Shown: in pieces, positions 36,901 through 49,457 of the stretch
How the letters are laid out: each line of letters starts with the position of its first letter
How positions within the stretch are numbered: position 1 is the first letter of the stretch
From: Haliotis rubra
Lineage: Eukaryota
Assembly (NCBI RefSeq): GCF_003918875.1
Contig: NW_025766248.1
Location: 1,054,001 to 1,118,000, forward strand
Length of the DNA: 64,000 nucleotides
Direction: 5' to 3'
Notes under the pieces: model-generated
Databases searched by the model: none
The model's input: only the letters and a program-made list of their open reading frames with translations
What the model was told of the DNA's origin: nothing
Made by a program: the position numbers and the translations under genes

Positions 36901-39900
36901 TGGGGGGTTGGAGAAACCCAATAGTGTTATTTTTTAACGTTATTTATGTTTTCTGGTCATTTATGATACGGACCCGTGAAGACCCGGGTTAGAATTGGTC
37001 TTCAGCAACCCATGCCCGTCGTAAGAGGCAACTAACGGGATCGACGGCAACATATGAAACGGTGCTAACACCAACCCCTATAATAACTGAATGTATATGA
37101 ATGCAGACTTGGTGTCGTCGCTATTAGGCTGAAACAATGCCGATGCCACGTAAAACTCAACTCAACTTTACTTTAATAATTTAGCAGTCCTTATAAGAGC
37201 CAAAACGAAAGCATTGGTCTTGGCTTGGTTACGACGATTTGGGATTTTATTAGTTTTATGCCTGTTGAAGCGTGAAGCACTGCCACAGAAGTGTTTCTGG
37301 TGTTCAAAAAACTTTAAACAACCTTTCCGTTATATTCATTTTGTATGAAAGACCAAGGTATTAATTTCATGGTTTGTTATCTCTCACTCTCACACTCATA
37401 CAAGCGCGTTAAACCCTGTTTCCCCTCACCTTCTGACTGAATCCTGAATGGGATTATTATGCATAGGATGATCATTGATGCTGATGCTGCCATTCAACCA
37501 CTTCTCCATCTTCCGTTTCAAGCTCGTCGTTCTCAACAGGCAGTCCAATAACGTCTGTGAGCACATTCTGGACCAACATTGATTTTTCTATATAATCACA
37601 TTACTGCAGCATAACCACTACTCCCAGCTAATTACGTTCCATTTCCTCGACTGATTTCTGGCACTCATCCCGAATCTGTTGTTTGCTGTGATATACTAAT
37701 TGCCTCTCTCAGAACAACCATCTTCTTGTGACCTGGTAATGGGTTCTGACAAAAAGAGACTTCTGTCGCAACGTTCAATATTCTGGGCTTTAAGAATGAG
37801 GACATTTTTTTTATGGATATACAACTTCTTTATTCTGTATAGGGCATGTTTAGCACGCGATTCCAATGACATGCACGAGTTGTACACGTGCAAAAGGTGA
37901 CATGTAAACCATGGTTCGAATGAGGAATGAATGTCGTCATAATGACGTCAGGATATTATGACGTAACTCAAATTAAGGGTGTATTTTATCCGGCAAACTC
38001 TGCGCCTTTGATCTTTAGCGAAGGATACATTTAACCTTATGTGTCTATATATTAAATATTCCTTGTCCAAAATAATTTGCTTGCAGGGGATGGTTTCGTT
38101 AAAAGAATACCAGACCGTTCCCATCCCACCAAACAATTGTACAAAGATTATAATTAATGCTTTCCCAAGCAAAAGCATTCGCGTTACTTACCCAAATCTC
38201 CAGCTATAATCTTTAAGCCCATTCACAAAAATGTAATGTGAACAAATAATGCCCACCTCAATGAAAGTCATAAATAAACCTATGACAGGGCTTGTTTGAC
38301 CTCCGCCTGTTGCAAACATCTCGGGACCAATATACCAATGAAACTGAAATTTCACATACCTGTTCCTGCTAATGATGACACTCCAGTTTGTTCAAAATGT
38401 TCAAATCCCATTTCATTTTTTATGATCGTTGTTTTACAAAATAAATGAAAATTGAAATTACGAAATTGAGGGAGTTTAACTGTTTGCATGTATGGTTTGT
38501 CTTATAGCTGACATCGTGGTTTGTTTACATCGATATGTTTTCAGTCCACAGTACATGTATATATGTGCAAAAAATATACAGTAACTCATATCAATGCTGA
38601 TATCTTTTCTCGGTTTCTTTGTGGATATTGTAAGCTGTAGACTACACTCTATTTTACATCACGGTGAACTGCACTATTTTTAAAAAGGTGTTGAGGGTTA
38701 TCCAATGATTTTGAGTCTCAGGTGAAAAAGACACTGTAATTATGTTACCAATAATGTCGGGTCTGCCAGCAGGTTCTAACTGACCAGATGACCAGGTACG
38801 TAAATGGGTCATAATAACTAGGGCAAATAACCTCGTTATAACGCTGCAATCCGGTGACTGACCGCTACTCTATCGACCTCAACACAGTATCTTTCATGAA
38901 TAAGTAATCCTTGTTGGTCACAGTCTCATTTCCCCCAAACCGTGCACCTTATCGGGAATGATAACGACTGACTGACTGAGTTTAGTTTTACGCCGCTTTT
39001 AGCAATATTCCAGCAATATCGCGGCGGGGGACACCAGAAATGGGCTTAACACATTGTGCCCAGGAATGATAACGAAATATTCTGTGTTAAACTGAACTTA
39101 CAACGCTCGCCATGTGGATGACATTTGTTCGATTCCCAACATGGGCAGTGTGTGAAGCTGATTCTGTTTTTGTGATTTCATTTTTGTTTAATATATTTTG
39201 TAGCTAGGCATCCTGACTTATGTTAAGGCCAAAAGCGACACTGAGCTGTTTTGTTTGTTGTATGGCGTCGCCCTATATTCTTGTTGTGTGATGGCGGTAT
39301 ATAAATAGTCTGGAACAGACCTCCAGTGATTCTCATCCATCATGAGAATCCATCAATGCAATTGGAATACAGTGACATACATCGGCTGACCATCCGATAC
39401 CGTTCGCCATCTTTTGGGAATTTCGATACGAATGAGAAATAACCAACAACAATGTTTCTGTAAAACTTGAGGCATCAGTTTCCATGAAGGAAAGCAATTC
39501 GTTTGTCAGAATATGCCTTATATGTGCCTTTCCCTGCAAATTGTCAGTACAAACATGTCTTATCCCCTCTTTAATGTGTGTATAGGTGAGTCTCCAGGCT
39601 TGGCTGTGCAGAGTTACGTCCCTTGAGTACGCCACTTTGTATGCGCCACACCCACTCAGGGGTTTCACTAACGTGGTGCAACGTCTAACACCCGCATCGG
39701 GCGTTACTCCTCCATCAGACATCGTGATATATTTGGAATATTGATGAACTCAATGCACTATTTTTTCAGTGCGGCTTTTTTCATTTTTAGTGAGTGAGTG
39801 ACTTTAGTTTTACGCCGCACTCAGCAATATTCCAGCTATATGGCGGCGGTCTGTAAATAATCGAGTCTGGACCAGACAAAAAAGTGATCAACAGCATGAA

Positions 39901-40293
39901 CATCGATCTGCGCAATTTGGACATGATGACATGTGTCAACCAAGTCAGGGAGCCTGACCACCCGATCCCGTTAGTCGCCTCTTACGACAAGCATGGGTTA
40001 CTGAAGGCCATTTCTAACCCGGACCTTCACAGGTCTTCTTATCTTTTTGAGAGAAAGGAGTCGTGAACAAGAAGAAGCACTGAACTTTTTCTCGCATTGC
40101 ACGATGTTATTATGATGTTAAATTCATTTTGTGGAAAGTTTCTTTTATTCCAATACACTCAACCACTCACGCTTGTTTCAGGGTACAAAGAGCATATCTA
40201 CAGGCCTGACGATTTCGTGATCGCCGTCCACTCGCCCGAGTATCACCACTGTCTAAACGCAGGTAGGACGCTTTGACATTCCTTTTCATGATC

Positions 40294-40325
<32 letters not shown>

Positions 40326-43167
40326 AGATGATGATGAAAGACGATAGTGAAAGGAGCTGATGAAAGAGAATGAGGGAGGTAGGCGAGAGATGATGAAAAA
40401 TGATGATGATGATGATGATGATGGAAGACGATGGTGAAAGAAGCTGATGAAACAGAAAGAGGGAAGTAGGCGAGAGATGATGAAAAATGTTGATGATGAT
40501 GCTGGAAAATGAAGATGAAAGACGATGGTGAAAGGAGGCGATGAAAGAGAATGGGGAGGTAGGGGAAAATTGATGATGATGATGATGCTGATGATGATTC
40601 ACAGTATTGACAGGGGATGATGAAGGATGTTGCAGTGGTGTCGTTACTGTTGCAGGCCATGAGCGTCCAGACATCAAACAGGTCGTGGATCAGATGGAAC
40701 AGGAACAACAGAAGAAGAACAAGATGCTGGAGGGATTCAGTGCCCTGCTCTCTGACGCCGGGGTAAGTGCGCGTGCGTGCATACGTAATTGGCGTGTGTG
40801 TGTGTGTGTATTGGAAGGATGCTTGGAACAGTCAAATAAACTTCACATGTGCAACACGATTCCCAGTGACGGTTGAGAATTTAAACGTATTTGGAAACCA
40901 TCTCGCGGCCGAAAGCTCAAGGGATTTTCCATCCCACTACCCAAGGACGGTGGGGTAGTCTTGTTGTTAAAGAGTTCGCTCGTCACGCCGAAGTCCTGGG
41001 TTCGATTACCCACACGGGTACACACACGTGTGAAGCCCATGTCAGGTTATCAGATTTTCCAAACATATCAACGGTGGTTGTGTGCAAAGTGGCGATGCAC
41101 GTGACTCGTTAGGGACCGTAATGACGGTGCCAGTTCATGGACCATGTCCATCATTGAACTTAAGGACCCAAGGGCATGGCTTGCCTCCAGATCGACCTGA
41201 CTTCACGTCGACATGAACGCTTGTCTCCATAGAGCATACTGGTATGGTTCATAGGTCCATCCAACATTCATGGAAAACAATAAACATAGATCATAAAGGG
41301 TGGATTGGTGGCACAGTGGTTAAAGTGTTTTCTTGTCACGCCAAAGGTCTGGGTTCACTCCCCATGAGAGTACAATTTGTGAAGCTCATTTATGGTGTCT
41401 CCCGCCGTGATATTGCTGAAATATTGCAAAAAAGTGGGGTAAATCCAAACTCACCTACTGGCCACACCCTGGTGCTTACCTTCTTAAACACACAGGAAGG
41501 TGAGTGTTATAGGAAACTTGCAAACTGTTTAAAATGCAAGAAATACGGAAAGGAATAAAACACAACAGGATACCATATGGTGAAAAAATAGGGTAGACGT
41601 AAGTGAGTGAGTGAGTTTAATTTTACGCTGCTTTTAGAAATATTCAAGCTATGTCACAGCGAGAGACACCATTGATGGGCTTTACACATTGTACCCACGG
41701 GGGGGGAATCGAACACGGGTCTTCGGCTTGACGCCTTAACCGCAAGACTGCCCTATCGCCCTGCGTAGAAATAGAAAACGACATCGTTGACAGCGGGCGA
41801 GAGGGAGACTACATGCAGCCTGTAGACAAGTGAAGTCAGTCACGTGTAAGATTGAACACCCTTTCATTGTCGACCTCAAATGTTTAGATTTTTAACCATA
41901 ATCCACCGAGAGACCCTGATCATCTGAAAGAAATGTCTGAAACATTTTTCGACGATATTTTTTCCAACACACATTTTCATAAACATTAGGAAACGGTCGT
42001 AAAATATCTCTTGCTGGGAAATATGAGGATGGGGTCGGCATTAAATATAAGTATCATTCTTTGTTTGTTTGTAAGTTGTCAGCAATATTCCAGCTATATG
42101 ACGACGGTATGTTAATAATCGAGTCTGGATCAGAAAATCCAGTGATCAACATTATGAACACAGATCTACTCAATTGGGATCCGATGACATGTGTCAACCA
42201 AGTCATGGAACCTGACCACCCGATCCCGTTAGTCGCAGGGGGGACAGACGGATATTCTGTGGAACAAGCCTGCCGAATAGAATGGGATGACGCATGTTTC
42301 GAGATTATACCAACATTATCAGATAGGCATGAGTTCTGTTTAAAGAGGTTTATGAAATTCAAATGGCAATAAAAGGGCGTTACCTATACTTGAGTGAGTG
42401 AGTTAAGTTTTACGCCGCACTCAGCAATATTCCAGCTATATGGCTGCGGTATGTAAATAATCGAGTCTGGACCAGACAATCCAGTGATCAACAGCATGAG
42501 CATTGATATGCGCAATTGGGAACCGATGACATGTGTCAACCAAGTCAGGGAGCCTGACCACCCAATCCTGTTAGTCACCTCTTACGACAAGCATGGGCTA
42601 CTGAAGATCCAATATTCTAACCCGGACCTTCACGGGTTACCTAAAACTTTAAATGACAACGGATGGCACCAGTTTGTGTTTACAAAGTACACCTGCTCTG
42701 TTTATAAGAATTCCTTCAGATTTAATGATTTCCGTGCGGGGCATGTCCGCATACCCGTATTGTTCATAGGTCGATCGGGGCGGTGGTGTAGCCCTGTGGT
42801 TAAGGCGCTCGCTCATCACGTCCAAAACCCGGGTTCGATTCTTCAGATGGGCACAATGTGTGAAGCCCACTTCTGGTGTCCCCCGCCGTGTTATTGCTGG
42901 AATATTGCTAAAAAGCGGCATAAAACCTCACTCACTAACTGTGAATGTGTCTCACGTGTTTCTGTTTGTTGACAGATGACAGGCAAGGTAAAGAGCGTGA
43001 TCGGCAATCCAGGGGAGGTAATCGTGCGTATTGCTGATGAAGAAAACGCCAGCATGATCATCACTGGAGCGCGAGGGATAGGGAAGATACGGAGGACGCT
43101 TCTCGGCAGCGTCAGCGACTACATTGTACACCATTCTCACGTGCCAGTTACAGTGTGCAGGCGGTGA
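33944..43167 (+). CDS. Universal stress protein (UspA family), 4 exons, 154 aa
   Basis: Exons 33944-34028, 40182-40262, 40656-40762, 42976-43167, GT-AG and in phase. The product reads [48 protein letters not shown]...[54 protein letters not shown] and carries the G-2x-G-9x-GS ATP-binding motif. Confidence 0.9.
35396..35515. mobile_element. Palindromic Harbinger-like MITE
   Basis: CAGGGCCTAGATTTTCGAAGCTCT...AGAGCTTCGAAAGTCTAGATCCTG long inverted arms. Confidence 0.6.
35811..36170 (-). mobile_element. 5S rRNA-derived SINE, second copy
   Basis: Reverse complement contains CTCAGGTCACGAATCAGCTGTAAGCAACGTCGAG...GGGTGACCGTG and GGCAGCTTGGGTTATCCGGGG, shared with 17543-17921. Confidence 0.7.
36222..36389 (-). 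mobile_element. tRNA-derived SINE family A, near-consensus
   Basis: Reverse complement GGGGCGGTGGGGTAGCCCAGTGGTTAAAGCGTTCGCTCGTCACGCCGAAGACCCGGGTTCGAATCCCCAC...GCGGCGTAAAACCAAACTCACTCAC. Confidence 0.88.
39790..40035 (-). mobile_element. Short retroelement family B, full length
   Basis: Near-consensus reverse-strand copy in USP intron 1. Confidence 0.85.
40285..40625. repeat. (GAT)n microsatellite-based compound repeat filling USP intron 2
   Basis: Three ~90-100 bp blocks of (GAT)n-GAAAGACGATGGTGAAAG...GGGAGGTAGGCGAGAG. Confidence 0.85.
41602..41762 (-). mobile_element. tRNA-derived SINE family A
   Basis: Degenerate reverse-strand match. Confidence 0.65.
42390..42637 (-). mobile_element. 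Short retroelement family B, full length
   Basis: Near-consensus; GTTACCTA flanks both sides. A headless copy sits next to it at 42060-42237. Confidence 0.85.
42777..42936 (+). mobile_element. tRNA-derived SINE family A
   Basis: Full-length match just upstream of the USP exon 4 acceptor. Confidence 0.8.
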
Positions 43168-44076
43168 CCGACTTCCCGTCGTAGCGTTACCGGAGTATAC
43201 ATGAAATGCGAGAAGCAGGAGCTTAATTTACATCTCAAATGCATAATGTTTAGATTTTATATGTTGTATGTCGGAATTGCCCCTGATAAGAAAATTAGAA
43301 CATATGCCCTCAATACTCTGCCAGCTCATGAATTCAAATCGTCATATAAGAAGTTATGTTTAAAGAAGTAGCAGACCATGGGTTAAACGACATTTCGGGA
43401 TATCCCATTTCGATATCTAAACAGTTTTCCTAATAATTGATTGCAAGGCAACATGTTGAACCCATGGGTTGACTTCGGTTCAGCCAACAATTCGACATAT
43501 CCGATTTCGATACCTCGTCATTTCCACTTTTTAGTATGTCAACATACACCAACTTGTTAAGACTTGACTTAATTTAACCGACGATTCGGCATATGCTAAG
43601 TTTGCTATGGTGGTTAAGAATCGACTTCATGACTGGTGATTGTTCGACATATCCGATTTAGTTGCGAAGTTTGTTATTAACGTGTGGTATAGTGTGATAA
43701 GTGGTTAGAAAGGGTCAATAGTGCTTACTTTCAATATCCAGTGAGGCACGAAGAATTATGGATTATTTGTCACTTGTGAGTGTGAGTGAGTGAGTGAGTG
43801 TGTTGGGTTTAACGCCGCTGTTAAGACCATCAGTCATTATTTTAGGTGTTCCTCATCTACGACTATAACCAGCTAGAGAGCGGGCCCCCCAAAAAAGGAA
43901 ATATAGTTTTCAAAAATGATTTCCACTAATTGTATAACTATTTTTTAATTTTTTTTTTAAAATGTGGATGATTTAGTAATTTAAATTGATTCATTATGTA
44001 GATCGACTTGCTTTCTTTCCAAAACAATTCTTTAGTAAACGTAGATGAAAATAGACCCAGCTGGCCTGACCACTAG

Positions 44077-44236
44077 GAGTGAATGAGTATGGTTTTACAC
44101 CGCTTTTAGCAATATTCCAGCAATATCACGGTGGGGGACACCAGAAATAGTCTTCACACATGGTACCCATGGGAATCAAACCCGGGTCTTCGGCGTGACG
44201 CGCGAACGCTTTAACCACTAGACTACCCCACCATCC
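44077..44236 (-). mobile_element. tRNA-derived SINE family A
   Basis: Full-length reverse-strand match. Confidence 0.8.
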
Positions 44237-45589
44237 GAGACTGGGAGGAAAGACTGAAGTGATGTAGGTCTACGGAGTTTCCTACTTCGGTAAACTGATA
44301 AAGCGGCGACACTCTAGTGAAATTTGGCTGAGTGTGGGTGTGGAGTGAGTGTGGGTGTCGGTGTGGAGTGAGTGTTGAGGGTTGAGTGTGGGATGTGGGA
44401 TAGATGGCGTGGCTTTTGGGGTACTGTGTGTTGGGTGTGGAGTGTGGGGTACTGGGTGTGCAGAAGGGTGTGTGGATTTATTTGAAGAAGAACATGACAT
44501 ATCAATCTCTCAGAAAATCATTGATGTCGATCAGTTGTTAAAGAGGACGCAATGATGTCATTTTGTTACGTCATGAAGAGCAGATGACGTCATATCGCAT
44601 ACATTTTTGGCTGTGACTGTAAGCGCCATATTAGTATAACCAAGCAACATTTGGAATAATATACTGATACGATTATCAGAATATCATTTTCAATTTTCTA
44701 ACCTTTGTGGAGTACTGAACATTTCTTTGTAGAGTTTCTCAAAATTTCACAATGTCGAATGTTTGGGGCAATATAGTGCAGTTACGTGTCGTCATTATTG
44801 TCTGTTGACGTAACTGAATGTAGGGGTGACGCCTTTGCGTACGGAGTTATGGCAAGTTATCATGCTGCTAACTTCATGAAGAGTTTGTGTTGGTCACTTT
44901 TAATAAATGTCACAATTATATGCTCGACGTTGCTTGTTATTATAAACATAAGGGGAACTTCATTTTTTAATTTACGATTCGAAATATTGGGAGATATATT
45001 GGAGTCAATCAATGTTGATATGATAATAATGAATGTTTTGAGAGTGCATCACCACTGCATTTCCACCATAGTTGTTTGTACAGTAATCGCTCTTGAAAGA
45101 TGATTGGTGTATGACGTGAAATTTTCATTTAAAAACCAAAACAAAGAGAAACGGCTAGAAACAAACAATAACACCAGTTTGATGCAAGATGATTGTCAAA
45201 CTTAATAATCTACAGTGATTTATCGACTGTAAATCGTTAAAATCAAGAAATCACACCCCATGCACATGTATGGGGCTACTGCGTTGTGCACGTGCATCCT
45301 TTGCGTTGTGTTTAGTGTTTGGGGGTGGTGATAAAAAGAAATGGTGGTGCGTTCATAACACCCCTGTCTTTGAAACGTTTGTCAACGTTTATACTTCCCT
45401 TCCAAACTGGACGTTCAGGTTCCCCTACTTTTTTTTGAAGAGTATACACTGGCAAAGTCATGGCTTGCGATCAGGCGAGTTTTCGTGGCAGTTTTTATCC
45501 ATCACCTACAATCATTTACTTTTCGTTGTCTTAAATCCAAATTGTCCAATGTTTCCTAAAATCAGTGCCATGGCATGTTCTTCAACTGT

Positions 45590-46130
45590 TAATCAAATTC
45601 TCAACATATTCAGACATTTTGGCGCTTGTTGGCATATGATGTCTGACTCTACACACCTGGGTAACCCTTCAACAATGACTTATCATCTCGTGATGGAAAT
45701 CAGATATTTATGTACGAACGACGATAACTGACATAATCTTGAGTCGTTACAGGTACATGTTTTGTAGATTAGTGGGTAGAAGATCATTCCCAAGCTCATT
45801 TTCAGTCCATACCTTGCTGTCACTGACATTGCAGTTGATGAGAAACAGATGTTCAGATGAAAAGAACGTTTCGAGAATGAAAAGAAATTTCTCCTGAAAG
45901 GACATGTGTATGAAACACTATAAAATTAACTCGAAAAAAGGCGAGCCCATCCTGTGCAACCCTTGGCTACCACCAAAAACATCTGTAACCAAACCTCTGT
46001 CATCTGTATACTAAAGGCAAGAAGATGACACTCTTCTTTAGTCAACCACAACTCTTGCAACAGGGAAGTGTGATTTATGTTTACAACTGTAAGAGTTAAC
46101 TAGCTCCAGAACGGACTATGCTGTCAGCCC
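45590..46130 (+). mobile_element. Possible highly decayed piggyBac transposase relic
   Basis: Scattered translated fragments EIRYLCTNDDN, AVDEKQMFR and VIYVYN resemble piggyBac (R.LHF.DN, VDE.M..F.GR, I..YN) in the expected order; no intact ORF. Confidence 0.3.
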
Positions 46131-47760
46131 GTGACAAGGATGTTAAATCTGATTCCAGTAGTCGAGGAACCGCGTTTGCAATGTCAGGACGTCAGTTTTG
46201 GTGAGTAGGAATTAGAATAATGACAAAAACTCTGAAACAAGAAATATCCGAAAACTCGTCTAGAGCACAGTAAAGAAAACGATATTAGAAACGTTTTTTC
46301 TTCAGTAAAGCATGCTTTGGTGTTATTGTGGTTTGGATGTGGAAACAATGCGTGAAAGAAACGATCCGATTCTAGCAGGATTAATCCTTCCAGTATGTCA
46401 CTTAATTACAAACGCAATGGACATACTTCTGTAGCTATTTCCTATTAAGTAATTTAGAATTATTACAATTGTGAAATATAACGGTTTCCCTATTTTCATG
46501 TGCAAATACATACGTTGTAAGATGACTTATATTGTAATCTCTGGAGGTTCAGTTTGGGAACACCTACCCCAAAACCAATGTTTGTCGCAATTGCAGTCGC
46601 CTGGCTTGCAATCTGTATTTGTATGGTATATACGATTCTTATGAAAATCATCACCTGTCCTGTCTAGACCATGCTATTAACAGACCGCCGTCATATATAC
46701 CACCGGCAAAAAGAAGGGACCTAGTGAAACGATAATACAAATGAAACGACGATAAATGTGTAAAACAAGACCAGATGAGACCTTCATGTTTGGCGTTAAA
46801 TGCACGACCACCCTGGTGGTAAAGTGTGACTAACTTGAGTATGATTGAGCTTTGTATTGTCGCCATTCCGCTGGAAGAAATTCCTCAGTCACCCCCTCAC
46901 CTCACCCCAACCCCCTGACACAGAATGTCGTGTACATATCGCCAGACAGTCCATGACATCACCGCAGCGTTGCCATCAACGTTTTCTTCCATTCCTCAAT
47001 GGGAGCCAAATCGTGATCTTCTAAACCTGGTGTATCGCCATTGGATCACAGTTCGTCCCTGGTGTTGCTAACCCCATCTCCGTAATCCCGAACTTCCCCT
47101 TGTGAGTTCCCCTATAGCACTACACACTTTAGCATCTTTGACATACAGTTTCATTGGAATAGATGACATGTTAAAATGCCACGCAGAGGTATTGTAAATG
47201 AACATCTTAACGACATCTACCTTCAAATCATTGGCTCCCTTATTTTAGAATATCTTGAATATTGCTGGGTACGCCGCTGGTTCTCTCTCAAAACTACAAT
47301 GAAGGACATCTCAGCTTAGTACGTTTTTTGACTCAGTATCTTATCTGGACACAATAGACATGGACATTTTTTTTCCAGCTACACGTATGTGAACATTTTC
47401 AATTTCATTCTTTGTGTTGGACCATAGTGACCTAGTCAAGTTAGACGATGATAGCAATTCGCCGTTTTAAGCATTACAAAGATCCGTTACTATAGTTACC
47501 GAACATCATTTGACCAACTTTATGACCCTTGGGCAAAACCTTAACAATTCCCTTTGAAAACGCCTACAACAAATCGACATTAACTTCAATCACTCACCCA
47601 TTCCCTACACACGTTTTGATATATCATTATCGTTGTGACTGTACCTGTCTAAAAGACAATATAGGCCATGAGCCAGACAATTTTTCGATACCACTTTTAT
47701 GTTTTTTTGAAGTGTCATGGTCTCTACATATCGAAAATATATGATGCCATGTTGGTTTGG

Positions 47761-49457
47761 TAGCTTAGATTCAGAACGAGGCTAAATCCACGATGGCCGC
47801 CAATAAACCCCAACATTTTCAAAAAATGTCAATTCCAAGCTTGAATCATGGATAAAGTTCAGCAAATAGGTTGGAAATTAAAAAAAAGGAGATAAAAAGG
47901 TGCTAACCTGATCAAAAAGATTTAATTAATATCAAGTGTGTTATTTGATACCTTTAAATCATATTTTGTAAAAGTCAAAGTTGTAAGTTCAAAGAACTTC
48001 TTCGAAAACTCATCATTTCATTTATTCGGAAGACACCTCTTTAATTTCAAAGAGTTAGATCACCTTCAAGTTCCTTAATTTGTGTAGTGATAGTCACTTT
48101 TCCGCACCATAAACATCAGCTTCATCTTCAGTGTCACTCTTCGGCATGTCATGGTCCTCGCATACCATGTTGTCACAAATCTGGTTCCGACATGTCACGG
48201 TGTATTTCAGTCCATTGGTAAGGCATTGACAACTTGGCGGTTTACAGACTGTTGTGCACTTGCAAGAAATGAACTCAAGAACAGCATCTGGAGCAAGAGA
48301 TCCTGACATCTAGCAAATCGCTATGTGACCATTTTCTTCCACCTATCAATTACCATCTGTTGCCCGTGGAGTTGGATACTCAGCTTCTAGACAGTTGTTC
48401 CATATTGCAGCTTGATAGTTTGCTCTCAGGATGTGCATAGATAGACACTCAAAGCAGTGTGGCAATTGTCCTGGTTCAGTTATCCATTTTTTCGCTTCAA
48501 ATGGGTGGTAGCGCAATTGATTGACATCCCTTATTGAAGAACCTGAGACATACAGGCGGCATGTGAATGCTTGAAGTGAGTTGATCAAACCTGGTGGCAC
48601 AGCCCACTCATTCTCAAGTTGTTGGAAAGCCTCTGGATAAGAAGTTGACAAGAAGTTTGAATGCATTGACCTTCCCTCTGCCTCCAAGAGAACTGACAGT
48701 ATCACATACAGTGCAAGCGTGTAGTCCAGGAAGGACCTTGCAAACACTTTGACCAAACGCCACAGCAACTATCTGATTTTGTGTACCAGCTTTGGTGTAA
48801 ATATTGGTTGCAATGTCACTGCTGTTTGCTAAGGACAAGACAAAGTCATCTGTGTCAACTGAGGAAATGACAACTGATTAGGATTCCAAAGATGCATGTT
48901 TAGCATGAAACAGCACCGGCGTGTCTGCTTCTTCTAAGGTAGTAGACAAGGATTCAACTTCAGCTGAAGATTCAGAGGTCATTCTGCAGCACTTGCTTTC
49001 ACAGTATTCTGTCTTCAGGTTTGGTCCTGGAATGAGGACGCTGCCGGTCTTGAATAATGAACTGGATGATATTGATTTTGCTTTCTGATGATCGTATCTT
49101 GTGTCTTGAAGCAATGTTACAGTAGACTAGGCTGTTGTCTGGTTCCCGGCTAACTCACTCTGCTGACTTGATGGAGTTGTTATGGTACACTTCAAACACC
49201 ACATCGTTGCGGTAACCTGTTCCAAGAGGCAAAGCTAGTCACTTTCGCATGTCCAATTTCCTGCTTTGAGCGACAAGAAGCGTATGGCCAAATAGCTTGT
49301 TATCTGTTTTCAGGATTGTTGCAGTATTTGACCCTTTCTTCTTCTTTTGGCAGTTGACATGAGTAAATGCTTTCAGACTTTGTTTTGGAAGACGATAGTA
49401 AAACTTCTGTCTGCCTCCTCTCCAAGCTGTTTGGCTCGGTGAAGATCTTGAGCAACA
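47761..49457 (-). mobile_element. Academ-type DNA transposon relic (3' part: XPG-like nuclease plus Cys-rich zinc finger)
   Basis: Frameshifted minus-strand fragments VAQDLHRAKQLGEEA, LEEADTPVLFHA, LPGLHACTVCDTVSSLGGRGK, HILRANYQAAIW and APDAVLEFISCKCTTVCKPPSCQCLTNGLKYTVTCRNQICDN. The left boundary (TAG... at 47761) is tentative. Confidence 0.7.

Noticed and set aside
37395-37720. Coding-looking minus-strand stretch in USP intron 1
   Set aside because: Multiple stops and no recognisable family motif; could not be assigned.
40243-40708. His/Ser/Ile-rich minus-strand ORFs
   Set aside because: Products of the (GAT)n intronic repeat.
25532-43167. Bacterial contamination or recent horizontal transfer for PGK or USP
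   Set aside because: The PGK is eukaryote-type (MALNKLSID start, animal-like insert) and embedded among host SINEs; the USP has three spliceosomal introns.
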